DNA of 63,991 nucleotides, the filler included, from Octopus bimaculoides (Eukaryota): the NCBI RefSeq assembly GCF_001194135.2. It is 6 parts of 6 records of this genome, joined end to end, with 100 filler letters (N's around TTAATTAATTAA, not from the genome) between each part and the next. Parts side by side here need not be neighbours in the genome. Positions count along the whole stretch, not along the records: positions 1 to 14,028 come from NC_068989.1; positions 14,129 to 24,317 come from NC_068990.1; 4 more parts are not named here. One strand, given 5' to 3'. The notes under the pieces were generated by a model that worked only from the letters and a program-made list of their open reading frames with translations, was not told the origin of the DNA and made no database searches. Positions within the stretch are counted from its first letter, which is position 1. Each line of letters opens with the position of its first letter. Made by a program: the position numbers and the translations under genes. This document shows, piece after piece, positions 1 through 14,735 of the stretch.

Positions 1-2644
1 ATATATATATATATATATATATGTTTGTACTTGTGTGTCTGTGTTTCTCCCTCCACCATCGATTGGCCACCGATTACTGTACTACTCACGCAACTGATCG
101 ACCTCCCAGAAATGACGAATGGCAAAAATGACCTGGACAGAATTTGAACTTAAAACACAGATTCGGAATAAATACCATGGGACATTCTATGTAACGCTTT
201 ACTTTTTGTACCTCTTCCCCAGCTTTCTTATCACCTAATAGTAGAATCTTAATTGAAGTTTCTTGATTTATCTCATTAACTTTACTCTCGTCTATATTAC
301 TATCTCGAGACAACTTTCTGGGTCAAAAGTTAGCTTATTGGTCAATTTTTAATTGGCTTGTGACAGTTTTGTGTATCAGCAAAACGCACTAGTCATAATA
401 GTCATATCCAGTAGATGCTAAATATGTGATATAAATGTTTATACACGTATAAACACTATTGGTATTGTATAACTGACAAATATATCGTTAACATTCTCTG
501 CTAAGCTGAATACTGTCTACATGCATAGAAAAGGACTCCAGAAGTTATTTCAATGAGTGTCGCCTTTAATCACTGTACAAATATGATGATAGTTTCTGTA
601 TCGCTTCACTATATCAGTCGGTTCATAAGCATTATTTGGCTTCAACTAAATTAATATTGATATATGTTACAGAAGATGTCCGCCAGAGAAATTATAGAAT
701 TTCTTCATGAAACAATTTACATTTCGCCTTCAAAATATTTTCAGTGCGTATAAACAATAAATCTCTATAGGCTTCAGTTCTATCAAAACCATTTTCAAGA
801 AAGTCTCTTATGATGAATATGATTAGGCCTGTAATAAGAATACTGGGGAAAGTTGTTATTATAAAGATAAATGTAGCAGATGATCTGATAGGTGCTGAAC
901 TACTTGTATCATAAGTGTCATTATTTTGTGTCAGTGCTATGTATCGAGGAAGTGCTCATGACTCTTTACAAGCGCAGTCCATTATGCAAAAGCCTCCCTC
1001 CCTCGGTGAAATTGATCACACTGCTGCACATGTATAAGCAAACGTACAAAGATTTTAAGGAAGGTTAGCATTTCTCTATGCATACCACGCTGCCATCGAA
1101 ATATGTCCTATGCGTCTAAGGATAAAGTTTGTCGACGTGACCGACAAATCTGTCGTTGTTGCCGCAATGCAAACGGCCGTTAGAGATACCCTAAGACAAC
1201 TCATATAACTTTTTAACAGTTCCGCCAATCCTCCATACTGAATTTGTACTTTTTATCAACCCTGAATGGTAAAACTGCAAAATTTTCCTCGGTGGGATTT
1301 GAAATCGCAGCGCAGAGAATCGAGAAAAATCGTGATGTGTTGTATTTACCGACTCACTGCCGATTTTGATTAAATTCAAAAAAGAACTCATAAATACAAA
1401 GAACTCACTGCTATAAACAGGGGAAGATTCGTGACATTTGAAATTGTTTCGATGGCTTTAATGATGTAGGGTAGCGTTAAGAGAGGTGAACTTCGGAACA
1501 CAAATTTGTTGTCATTAGAGCCACCTTCAGATTATGGCTGAACCAGATTTTCTGCCTCGAGGCAGTTCTTTTCCAAGTGTCCGACGGTGAAAGGTGCTTG
1601 GAAGATTTAACAACTGCTGATGGACGCGAGTCTCCTCTCATCATGCCTCCGGTGTAATGCCGGGGCCGACACTGCTTGACTCCAGTCATTTTGCAAATAT
1701 TGCTGTCTGAACATTGAAAAACCTAAGCATGTCACCGATCGTTCGAACAGTTCTCCTAGATTTATACATCTTTATGGGTCACGAAAGAATATAATGCCCA
1801 GTTAACCACGATGGGATTTGAACATTGCGAGGTAGTCTATCCGACTTTATAAAGAAGCTGCTATTTGCTGAATTTATGTGTTTATATTTACTATCCAAAT
1901 GAGAATGTCTTCATGTTGTCGGGATTATAACTACGCGCATGATATAGCAAAATACCAAACCTAACGTGTAACAAGGACAGTATAAAATTATTGGAATTAT
2001 AAGTATAGGTACAGTTTATTAGAATATAAGACCATTGAATGTAAAGTAACAATACTGTAGCCATTTTCTGAGGTACCTTTTATTTTATTTTTACTTGCTT
2101 CAATCATTAGACTTCAACCATGTTGGTGCACCGTCTTGACGAATTATTAGTCAAACGTATACACAGTATTTTTTGTTAAACCTTGCTACTTATACTAGCG
2201 ACGCTTTTGATGAACCGCTAAGTTACGGGGAGGTAAACAAACCAACACTGATTGTAAAGCTGTGATTGGGGTCAAACACAAAGAGAGACAGACACAAACA
2301 CATACGACGAGATTCTTCCATTTTACATCTTCCAAATACACTGACAAGGTTTTAGTCAGCTCTAGAAAGACACTTGCTGAAGATGCCACACCGTGGGACT
2401 GAACTAAGAACCATGTGGTTGAAAAGCAAACTTCTTACCTCCCAGCTGCACCTGTTTATCTTACTAAGAAAAAGAAAGTAAAAATTAACAACAAATGTAG
2501 GATGACAGATTACGATAAGAGTTAAGAGTGAAAAACATAGTAATATTAATAGTAGAGAAGATAGAGTTCTTGACCAAATTCATTTTAAATCATTTACACA
2601 TTCCAGCAAGTAATCTTTATCATAAATGATATAGAACGTTGGTA

Positions 2645-2845
2645 AGGTGGCGAGCTGGCAGAAACGTTAGCACGCCGGGCGAAACGCTTAGCAGTATTTC
2701 ATCTGTCTTTACGTTCTGAGTTCAATTTTCGCTGTGGTCAAATTTACTTTTCAGCATTTCGGGGGCGATAAATTAGGTACTAGCTGCACGCTTGGATCGA
2801 TCTAATGGACTGCCCCCTCTCCTGTGCCTAGAGTAGAAAAAGATA
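2645..2845 (+). mobile_element. Second tRNA-type SINE family (GGCGAGCTGGCAGAA...GAGTTCAAATT...GCCTTTCATCCTTTCGGGGTCGATAAA)
   Basis: A/B-box-like head. Copies at about 5083-5290, 12709-12910, 12935-13095(-), 16020-16220, 17437-17635, 26622-26840, 45700-45845. Confidence 0.8.
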
Positions 2846-3064
2846 TATTACATTTTTTTTTTAGCACTAATTTTGAAACAGCCCGTGTTTTCCCATGGCA
2901 AGAATATTTTTTAAGATATGACTATCTGTTTATTTTTGTTCCTGTCGATCTTATGCTATGAGATACACACTGAAGTACTTTATAGAATTATATTTGAACA
3001 TAGAAATAAAGGTATAAGTTCATATTTATGCGCTAACTTTTGAACAGACTTGTTTTCATCTTTT

Positions 3065-4560
3065 GTAGGGTTATAACCGATCCAAATTAAGCCTGAAGGA
3101 TATTTTACACTGTTTGTGGTAGGGTCACCGCTTTATCACAACGGCAGCTTATGAAAACTGATCTTATAAAGATATACAAATAATATTTTGATTGACAACC
3201 TACGCTCACAAGAGTTAGCACGGGCACCTCTTCAAATTTGTATAGCGTGTTGAAATGATTTGCGCGTTTCGCTGAAGAAAAAAAAGCCACCAGCTGCTTG
3301 TGCAATAACAACTGTTTGGAGGGAGCAAAAAAGTGTTTCTTAAAAAATGATTGCACAAAATCATTTACACCAACCTGGGTCCGCAAGTAGAGTTCTATCA
3401 TATATTGAAACACTACCTATTGCTATTTTCTCGCAAGATAGTTTCTGCTTTATTGAGGGCGAAAGAATAGATATCGGGCAGGTTTCAATTGTTGGTGGTT
3501 CTTCTAAACGTTCGCCAGGTTCCTGGGAATACAAGCCAGTAGAAGAGTAATAAATCCAACTTGTTTTACCCAAGCCATTTTGAACGGTGTTAGGAGAGAT
3601 TTAGAACAGTCAATCAATAATTCAGACATCCTCTCTCACTTGAAAAGGAAGTTGTAGTAACAGTAAGTTACTACAGATATCAAAATTTTGGCTTAGCGCT
3701 TTACTTCAAAGTGGACGTTCCTTTCTATTATTGTCATGACATTAATAGACTGGACATCTTGTAAGTAGATGGTGACTTTCTGTAATTTGATCACTACAAA
3801 ACTTAAATGCTATATTCTTGCATTTAAAAGGATCTTATGTTAACATGGAGATCCTTTTTAACGTAATTCAATGCAATGGTGACTATGGGGCTTTTGAAGT
3901 GATCTTAAAGTAACTACCATATACAAGACGAATTCACCAGTTGCTGAATGTCTCTATGCTCGTGGGACAGTTGAGATTTTACAGAGCATCATCATAAAAG
4001 AATTTGCTAATCAAGTATTCATATATTCATGGAAGAAATAATATTCCATCACACCTTTTAATTGACCAGACGAAAACGTTTCGTCCCATTCAACCAATTT
4101 TTTGAAGATCTTTATTAAGGAGTTGGGGAAAAAATTTTCAAAGAAATATTGATATCTCAGGAATATTACTAAAATTAAGTGCTGCAAAATTTAGAACCGA
4201 AAATTTTCTAGGGTTTCAAAATCAAACAGCTTATGATGAAAACCTCAGCATCTCAGCTAAAAACAGAGAATTTGTGTTAACGTAAGAAATTACAAACCTG
4301 CTTTCCAAACTGGTGACGAGAAAATGATCAATTTAAAAGATAGGATTTGCTGCATCAATCCGAAATTCCATTTATTGTATTTGTTTCCTGAAAATCTTGA
4401 CGCAGTTATTGATGAACATGGAAACAGATTTCAATTTCGAGATTAAATCTATGGAAGCTAGCTATTAAGTATTCTGGAATGCAAACATGATGGCATACTA
4501 CTACAAAATATTACATTGTCATGACCTACATCACATTTACAAGAAAAATATCTTGATTTC
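3065..4560 (+). mobile_element. Decayed, near full-length Chapaev3-like (CMC superfamily) DNA transposase
   Basis: Ordered frameshifted motifs: FYTVCG (3103), APLQIC..C, VWREQ (3314), FTQAILN..RRDL, FYYCHDIN, DLKV (3901), WDS (3963), GRNN..L.D, IF*GFKIKQLM (4221), KFH..FPENLDAVIDEHGNRF (4384), WNANMMAYY. These parallel the Chapaev3 motifs FCYVCG, WAPH.C, IWREP, GDFK, WDSR, FVGPQI, FPENLGAVSDEHGERFHQ. Many stops and indels; ends approximate. Confidence 0.82.
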
Positions 4561-6305
4561 AGAAATTTATGCACTGTATACATATATACGCATATATAGC
4601 ATGCAACTTCTTTATCATGATTTACATTCTTCTGTGAGTATTTTTGTATGTGAATGCGTGCATACGTAAATTAAACAGGTCCAATTATTTTACCAAACAT
4701 GTAAGAGTGAAGACACGATAAGTTTGCGTTTCATCTTTTTTTTTTTATAAAGGATTTTTCATATGTGTTTATTAGTCTTTGAAATATAGTTTCAAATAAT
4801 ACCGGTCTTAAAGTCAGGAACCTGTAAACTTTCCAAGACGTCTCATGACTCATGAATATGAACTGATGGTAAATATAACGTGTTGTTCACGCGTGTTCCT
4901 GGATGTACCAAAGCATCATGGGAATATCAACATAGGAGATGAGAATCACCTACGTCTGTATCATAATTCCCGCGTTGCCGTGGTGCCGATGTTGAATTTA
5001 AAATTCATACAGCTTTATTATCATGGTAGATTTCCTGATTAACTTCTCGATTCGAATCATTTCCTCGTTCGTATAAGACGGTGAGGTTGGCAGGATCGTT
5101 AGCCCGCTAAGCAAAATGCTTAGCGGCATTTCGTCCGTCTTAACGCTTTGAGTTCAAATTTCACCGCTGTCGACTTTGCTTTTGATATTTTCAGGATCGA
5201 TAAAATAATTACCAGTTGAACTCTGGGGTCGATTTAATCGACATACACACTTTCCCAAAATTGCTGGCCTTGTGCCAAAAATTGAAATTAATATATGATT
5301 TGTATTTTACAAGCAAAGATTTTACGGATATTCTTCCGTGGTTCTTTTTCTATGGAATTCCCTATAAAACTGTAATGCCGTCAACTAATGTGTCATATAC
5401 TTTTCTTATATTCTTTTATGTATTCTTTATAAGCCTAGTACTTATTCTATCTGTCTCTTTTGCCGAACCGGTAAGTTACGGGTACGTAAACACACCAACA
5501 TCGGTTGTCAATCGATGGTGGGGGAACAAACACAGAAACACACACACACACACATATATACGACGGGCTTCTTTCAATTTCCATCTACCAAATCCACTCA
5601 CAAGGTTTTGGTCGGCAGGAGGCTATAGTAGAAGACACTTGCCCAAGGTGCCACGCAGTGGGACTGAACCCGGAACCGTGTGGTTGGTAAGCAAACTACT
5701 TACCACACAGCCATTCCTGTGCCTATAAGCCACTCTTGCTCCTGTGTGAAATTATTGTACACTATATTGATGAGTCATGACACCTTGTAAATGCATGGTA
5801 AACCGACGAGAAACTATGGCATTGCTGTGTCCAATGTAACTGTTAAGTTATAAAGTTTATAGTTTTCATGTTTTCAATGAAATATCTACATTATATTCGC
5901 TTTTCTAAGTGCATTATATGCTTTGCTAATTTATGGTTTTGTGTTATTGACGAAATTTTTCACAATTTTAAAATCCAGTACCGATGATGCATTCATTCAT
6001 TAAAACCATTCCACGTCTCGCAAACAAGCGGCCGTTATTATCACCATACTAATGACGAGACCGAGAAGATCTTGGAATATTAATGTACGAGTGTGTTTAG
6101 TAAAGCTATTGCGAATACGAAAAATACTTATCAAAATAAGTTTATTCGAATACGTACACTTGCGCTATGCTTAAATTCGACGTCTTGTTACAAGTTTTAC
6201 GCTTACACAAATATAATGATATATAACAATATTCTAATAATACTTTGTTTTCTCCTTCTGGTGACGAAACCGGGAAGATCATAAAGTGCGCCAGTGCACC
6301 TACAT

Positions 6306-6341
<36 letters not shown>

Positions 6342-6434
6342 TTTTCTCTCACTTTCTNNNNNNNNNNNNNNNNNNNNNNNNNNNNNNNNNNNNNNNNNNN
6401 NNNNNNNNNNNNNNNNNNNNNNNNNNNNNNNNNN

Positions 6435-6479
<45 letters not shown>

Positions 6480-9400
6480 TCTATCTATTTATCTATCTTT
6501 CTATCTATGTGTGTTTGTGTGTGCGCCCGCGCGTGAAGAAGTCTTCTTGTTGCCTCGATATAAAAATTATAAATCTCTGCATATATATAAAACGTAATAC
6601 AATAGGGAAACTATAATCAAAATTTCACCTAGAAAAATGCATTTGCATCTGCAATGTGGAAAAAAAGATGTTTTATTCTCTTGACGGATGTTATTCTATT
6701 ATGTTATATTTGTTGGATTGAGGTGATAAGTTTGAAAGAAAAAGAAATTACATTATGCTAAAGTCACGATACCTTTCAAAATACATACACGCCATTACAT
6801 TCACGTTTTTTTTGTTTTTGTTTTCATTGCCGTTATAGTTTTAGAAGGCCCCAATATATTTCTGATATTTATTACATTGTCACTGGCATAACTCCACCTC
6901 AAAATTTTTGACGAGGTCACAGTGGTATGACATCAAGAAATTTGTTGATAGTAATGGATTGTCATTTCGGCACATGTATCGCAAAGCATTTCGTCTGGTG
7001 CTTTAACGATTGTATCAAACCACCGCCATTGCTGACACCTAGTAACCGTTTATGATTTAGTCACGTAGTTAGAATTTTAGTAAGAGATACTTTATTTGTA
7101 TCAAACCTTGAGAGATGAAAGGTAACATTCACCTAGTCAGAATTTGAACTGAGTACGTAAAGACCGGGAATAAATAACGCACCGCCTTCTTTCTGACGTT
7201 AGTATATAATACATTTACAAACCAAAATCTAAACTCAATATGGTGGTATATATGTGTTTTAAATGACCATCATAAATCTATCTCAATTCAATTATCAATT
7301 TGCTATTGTCCTTTAAAAGAGAAGATCGTCACAAATTTCATTTTCCTTTCAATGGCATGGACATTTTGCTGGAATAATTATCTAATATTGCATCATTAAA
7401 TACAAATCATTCAACACCTTGAAACATAAAATTAAAGTAAGCCAGGATACATAACAGTGAACCAATGTAGTTACGCAGAGTGTTTGTCTAAGTACTTCCA
7501 ACATTTTGTCTATTATTGAAAATATTTATTTTAACTGCATTTTATAAAATTCAGTTCAGTTTCATATAGTATTAAAAAAATATATCCTTGTCAGTTGTTG
7601 GAATACGAAATACTAAATTATATATTACAAAGCGCTTTCCTAAATAGTAATTGATTTTTGGTCAGTCATTTCTTTATGAAGCTAATCGATTTTTATTGCA
7701 GGAACATTAATATCGCTCTCTGGACATAGATTTATTTCAATTTGTGTGGCGTATCATTCTTGTATTTCCTCTTTAAGGAAATCTACGCTGAAAATAATTA
7801 GTAAAACGAACAAAATACGCTCATAAATACAAAATTATAAGTGAGCTCAGTGGCAAATTTATATTTTACTATCATTTTCAAGAATCAAGCTATTCACTAT
7901 ATCTCAGTATCAAGATATTTTGCTTTATTCATTCAATAATTACGTTGGGAACAAATTAATGCCATTTTCTAGATTCAGTTCTATTCAATTTAATTTTCTG
8001 AGTTTTCTTCTATGCGTTTCCTGTCTAGAATTCTCATTAACACTGATGAATTTTTCTTCTGATTAGAGTATTCTACGTATACCACCTCCATTCAGTCTCT
8101 ATCTTATTCACTCACGCCATACCGTCGTCTTCTACAGTCTCCCTCTTCTCAGACACCTTACAAAACACCTAACTCATTCTTTCCTATCCAGCTTTCAATT
8201 TCACCCGGGAATTACTTCCACTGGAACAATCTTTCCATAGACAAAGATTCACAAACGGTCATTGGGTATATGGAAACCTTGTCTTCACAAAATTTATTAC
8301 TACGCATAACAGGAAACAGTTTGTATCTCACAACCTCAAAGCATTCTACAAATGCAAACGCACAGGATCTCTTTTCGTCTCTCATGGCAACTCCGCATAT
8401 ATTAAATTGATAAGAATGTACCCCATATCTCTGTATGTATCTACAACTTCAACCTTGGTTAGAGGCTATCTCTGCACAAAGTTCAAATAAAATCTATTCT
8501 CAAATCAGATCCATATTGAAATCAGGCCCGTATCCAAGTCACACCCACACCTACACCCATGTCATACTTATGCGGCTCATATTCATACCAGACACATAAA
8601 CATATCAGCTCCATAAAAATACATCTAAGCATGTTGTTTTCCATTCTATTTTTTCTGTTATTCTTTTGTTGTTGTTATTTGACCCAAAACACCCCTATTG
8701 ATCACATGTGTGATGAAAATTATTCCAGCCATGTCCATCATATCTTTTCAGGGTCTGAAGAGTCCCCTTTGCAACATGCATTTGGGCCAAATCTGAGATT
8801 TCAGGAAACTTTACTCCATTCAACCTTTCCACCCGCGTCAGAGATCCTATAACATGACAGAAGTATTGTGCTTCACTCCGGACTATGTAATAAAACAGAA
8901 AAAGTGAGCAATTTAGGACGAATTTGGCCGTTATTTCTCGCACTATATATGACTACTCAAGGCTCCCTTGTTGTTAGTAATGAAAGTCAAAGTCGTTAAA
9001 TGATATATATATATATATATATANNNNNNNNNNNNNNNNNNNNNNNNNNNNNNNNNNNNNNNNNNNNNNNNNNNNNNNNNNNNNNNNNNNNNNNNNNNNN
9101 NNNNNNNNNNNNNNNNNNNNNNNNNNNNNNNNNNNNNNNNNNNNNNNNNNNNNNNNNNNNNNNNNNNNNNNNNNNNNNNNNNNNNNNNNNNNNNNNNNNN
9201 NNNNNNNNNNNNNNNNNNNNNTATATATACATATGTGTGTGGGGGGTATGTGTGTGTGTGTGTACTGACACAAACGAATGATGAAAGAATTTGTGAATAT
9301 CATAATTGAAATCATTGGATCTTGAAATCGAATATTTTCTGCCTGCTGTTACAAAGTGAATTGGCTGCGTTGTTAGAGTGCGGGGAACTGTGAAATACTT

Positions 9401-10269
9401 TTGCGGGTCCCTACATTCTGAATTCAAATCCCACTCACAAAAGAATTACCTTTTATCCTTTCTAGGTCGGTCAGATAAACTGGCCGGCAACAAGGTTGCA
9501 TAGGCAGAATTGTGTTGAAAGGGTTATCTTACGGTGTTTGTTTTGTTGTTTTGGCTCTTTGCCATCTCAGCACTTGGCTGGTACATTTAACCCATGACCC
9601 AAGTTAACACCACTAACAACTCCTTGAATACCTGTTGCAGAATTCATTGTGTTTCAAGCACTGGAGCTATGCCTTTGGTTTGTATTCTATTTTCTGCATA
9701 CCTTCTGCAAATAACAGAGACCTTGAAAACATGAAGAATTTGTTTACTATCATGACGAATCTCACATTTATTGGAATTTAATTGTTGTAATATAAGAAGA
9801 GGCGTGTGAGAGATGATTACATGCATGCTAAAGAAAACTATTGTATTGGATGAAAATGTTAGGAAATAAGATGTGTTCAAGTTTGCGTTGGACAAAAGAA
9901 TACGCGAGCAACCTGTGTATAGTAAAGTTAAACAGGAAGGTGAATGCGGGTAAATCATACGATTTGAAATGGAGTGACACAAAAGATGATGCCGATAGGA
10001 ACATCGTGTCAGATGATAAAAGTCGCACATGAAATTGCTAAACCTCTTTCAACTATCGTGATATATACATATAAGACACGCATGCTACTTTCTATATATG
10101 TATAGTTAAATGTCCATTAACAAGCAACAGCAAAATGATAAGGGTAATTTAAAACGGAGATTTCGTATTAGGGGCCGTCCTTCGGCGTTTCTCCCTAAAG
10201 TATTTTCACAAAGAAATATATCTTCCTCAAAGTGTTCAATACGCACGCACACACAATCCTTTGTATTTT

Positions 10270-10472
10270 AACAGACACACACACACACACATATATACAT
10301 ATACATATATAAATATAACTTTTATATATATGGATAATATATATATATATATATCACACACACATATATATAAATGTACATATATATATACATGCATATA
10401 ACTTTTATATATAGATAATATACATATATATATATCTAAGATATGTATATGTATGTATGTATGTATGTATGT

Positions 10473-10505
<33 letters not shown>

Positions 10506-10570
10506 CATGCATATACACATTTACAGATACATATACATATATATATATACATACACATTTATATAAATAG

Positions 10571-10607
<37 letters not shown>

Positions 10608-11009
10608 AAAAGAGAGGGAGAACGAGAGAGAGAGAGAGAGTCACACACACATTCACACACACACACACACCCACACACACACACATAAATGTATATTTCG
10701 ACCTACATTCCATATTGATTTCTTTACCACATTATCAGAAACCGCTTTAATCGAAGTTAGCATAAACTATGTAAGTTAAACATCGATATGTTCAAGTGTG
10801 TGTGTGCGTATTAATATATATCGCTGTTTAACTTCTATACGATTTATGTTAACATCGATGGAAACATTTTCTGATAAAGATATCAATACCAAAGATAGAA
10901 TAAAATATACATTTTTTTATATCATAAGTGTAACATCCGAAAGAAACCGCTTTAAGCTACACGCTATTCAGTTTTGCATGATAAAAAAATATACATACGC
11001 ACATACGTG

Positions 11010-11108
<99 letters not shown>

Positions 11109-11310
11109 ATATATATATGTATATAATGCAATGTCATAGCGTATGGTTCAGACGCTAGCTTTGCGCACTTAAAAGTAATAGTAGCTTCGATTTGTTTGAC
11201 TAAAGCCTAACATGACTGCAATTCAATGACTGAAGCAAGTGTAAGATTAAGCATAAAAGATATGCACACACACACACACACACGCACACACACACAAACA
11301 CCTGCACATG
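10270..11310. repeat. Compound microsatellite cluster (CA, TA, TATG, TAGA, GA, long CT)
   Basis: Visible directly; includes a (CT)n run at about 11011-11103. Confidence 0.95.
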
Positions 11311-13572
11311 TGTGTGAGTGCTTTCGTGTTCGTGTCAGGAAATATGATTGCCAATGGCGTTTAACTTGCTTTCCTTTATGTCTCATGACATTCCAGTTCG
11401 ACAAATGGATATTATCAATAAAATAAATACGTGGCCGTATTAAAGTACTGGAATCAATATAATCGACTAAAGATTATTGAAGACGTTGCTCAACCATGCT
11501 TCTAAATGCAATGATTAAAAGCAGCAACAGATTAAATAAAAACAGACGTGTACTATAATGGATTTAATAATCTTCACAACACAATTAATTGGTAATTCTT
11601 ATATCGACGTTCAAGAAACTACAGGAAAAAGTGGCAGAAAATCTATTTCCATGAGATCTGAAGACAGAATTCAATACTTAAAGTTACTTTTAAATATTGA
11701 AGAACGATCAGTCAGCATAACCGTTAAAGTGAGATATTTCTTATAACTGGCTCCGTTTTTAATTCTAATCCCACCTTCCATCCTTTTGTATTTAATAAAA
11801 ATAAAACCCCACACAAATAGCGGTCTCTCTGACATTGACTTATACGCGCTTTGAAAAAACTATTTACCCTATACCTAAACCAGATATTATTTCTAGATAC
11901 TGATAAATATTTCGTACTTTTGTGTAAGAGTTATTCAATAAACTAAATCGAGCCTAGTATTTGACTATTTGTTATTTTTCGACCGCTGATGTAAAGAATT
12001 AAAGTAAATCCTGGGTGGAATTTTTGAACTTAACAACGCATAGATACTGCAGCTCTTTAATTNNNNNNNNNNNNNNNNNNNNNNNNNNNNNNNNNNNNNN
12101 NNNNNNNNNNNNNNNNNNNNNNNNNNNNNNNNNNNNNNNNNNNNNNNNNNNNNNNNNNNNNNNNNNNNNNNNNNNNNNNNNNNNNNNNNNNNNNNNNNNN
12201 NNNNNNNNNNNNNNNNNNNNNNNNNNNNNNNNNNNNNNNNNNNNNNNNNNNNNNNNNNNNNNNNNNNNNNNNNNNNNNNNNNNNNNNNNNNNNNNNNNNN
12301 NNNNNNNNNNNNNNNNNNNNNNNNNNNNNNNNNNNNNNNNNNNNNNNNNNNNNNNNNNNNNNNNNNNNNNNNNNNNNNNNNNNNNNNNNNNNNNNNNNNN
12401 NNNNNNNNNNNNNNNNNNNNNNNNNNNNNNNNNNNNNNNNNNNNNNNNNNNNNNNNNNNNNNNNNNNNNNNNNNNNNNNNNNNNNNNNNNNNNNNNNNNN
12501 NNNNNNNNNNNNNNNNNNNNNNNNNNNNNNNNNNNNNNNNNNNNNNNNNNNNNNNNNNNNNNNNNNNNNNNNNNNNNNNNNNNNNNNNNNNNNNNNNNNN
12601 NNNNNNNNNNNNNNNNNNNNNNNNNNNNNNNNNNNNNNNNNNNNNNNNNNNNNNNNNNNNNNNNNNNNNNNNNNNNNNNNNNNNNNNNNNNNNNNNNNNN
12701 NNNNNNNNGCTGGCAAAATCTTTAGCATACCGGGCAAAATCCATAACGGCATTTCGTCCATCATTATCAAATGTTGTCAGAGTTGAATTTGCCTTTCATC
12801 CTTTCGGGCTTGAAAAAATAATTACCAGTTGAACACTGGGTTCGATATAGCCGTCTTATCCTCTCCCTGGAAACTGCTGGTCTTGAGACAAAATTTGAAG
12901 TCAATGTTGTTTTTAATACTCTATGAACAAGGCCCGAAACTTGGGGGAGTGGGCCAGTCGAATACATCGACCCCAGTACGCAACTGGTATTTAATTTACC
13001 GACCCCGAAAGGATAAAAGGCAAAGTCAACCTCAGCGGAACTCAGAACGTAACGGCAGACGAAATATCGCTAAGCATTTCGCCCGGCGTGCTAACATTAA
13101 AATTCATTAAAAAAATATTGAATTTATCTTGATTTATTTTGAGTGATTACGGAAATATTGACAGCCCAAAATGATAGAGTGTTAAACTGAATAATTTAAT
13201 ATAACGTCCATGTTTACTCAAATGTAGATATGAATTGGAATTCAAACCCGATCTTGAGAGCTAGAAATGATAACATTGCGTTACGAATCTAGAATGCTAA
13301 CAACCATCAAGATAATTTGGTCTGTGATTCAGTGTTAGAAGATAATATATAATACTTAGAAGATACGAGTATAAAGCGGAGGCTGACGACTTATGATAGA
13401 TAATATATAATAACCGTTGTGTTAAGAAAAGAACTGGAAGATATGAGAAACAAGCAGTTAATTTACACCGCTGTTGCATCGGAGTGGTTACACACTCGCA
13501 CATACACACACACGCACACATATACACAAACACACACACACACACACTCACTAACACATAAACACATTCATA

Positions 13573-13608
<36 letters not shown>

Positions 13609-13975
13609 CGTGTGTGTGTGTGTAGATACACTACACATATGCCAGGTTCACAGTTGCTTTTCTTACTACACCCACCTCTATTCACCTGTTCTTCTCCTGG
13701 TCATTTCAGCATGCAGTAGCTGTCTAGTTGTGACTCGTTTGTTCTTTTCTCCATCCATTCTTATTGCTCCTCGTTTACTCTTTCTGTAGATGAACGAGTG
13801 TTCTAAACATGACCTATTGTTGGTTCATTTCTTCCTGGGTGAAAACTTAATACACGTCAGTTTGATAGATTTTCCCTCGCCTTCGTGCTTTTTTTCTTTT
13901 ACTTTCGCATAATGTGTATGTATGTAAATCTATCCATAACTTTCTATTCTTTTGTGTCTGTCTCTCTATATATAT

Positions 13976-14028
<53 letters not shown>

Positions 14029-14128
14029 NNNNNNNNNNNNNNNNNNNNNNNNNNNNNNNNNNNNNNNNNNNNTTAATTAATTAANNNNNNNNNNNNNNNN
14101 NNNNNNNNNNNNNNNNNNNNNNNNNNNN
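14029..14128. other. Artificial contig spacer N44-TTAATTAATTAA-N44
   Basis: Exactly 100 bp; the 12-mer has stops in all six frames. Confidence 0.95.
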
Positions 14129-14359
14129 ATATATATATATATATATATATATATATTACTATGATTGACCGTTGACTGAACACTATTCAATTTTTTTTTT
14201 TTTCTCCATGTTTTTCTCCTTGTCTCCATATTCTTTCTGTTGAAGAGCGTAGCTCGAAACGTTAAAGACTTTCCGTATTCCCGAGCGTTAAACTAATACA
14301 TCCTTTTGTTGTTTACACCACCTGTCCTCGTCTGTTGTTGTTTTTTCGTACATTCTCCC

Positions 14360-14391
<32 letters not shown>

Positions 14392-14735
14392 AACTCTCCC
14401 ATCAAGGATGATGTATGAACATTCAGATTTTGCTGAACAACCTGCACAGATGATTTGTTTATAGTGATGTACATCAGCTCACTCCTTTCATTAAATCGAT
14501 GTTGCCTGAACAGGAGCACAGTGTACCACATGTCAGGTGTTGAAGCGATCGCAGTGCAATGTGAGATTAAATATTTTGCACAAGAACACAATGCATCGCC
14601 TGATCTAGGACTGAACCCAAAATCTTATTACTGGGAAACAAGCTCCTGAACCATACAGCTGTGTCTCATTAAAATTCAGGAGACAAGTCAGCCTTTATTT
14701 ATTTAAATCTTGCTTGCTCGAATGTCTCATTTCAG

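Noticed and set aside
7960-8570. Purine-skewed minus-strand stretch resembling a LINE
   Set aside because: No recognisable RT or endonuclease motif.
9480-10090. 128-aa minus ORF, or Penelope-like RT traces on +
   Set aside because: No motif series I can support; resemblance (LLEYLLQN, RDDY) is too weak.
11965-12770. Long ORFs spanning N runs (also 25769-26539, 28440-28898, 57252-57617, 62296-62923)
   Set aside because: Length comes from Ns; only the CaMKK exon inside 25769-26539 is real.
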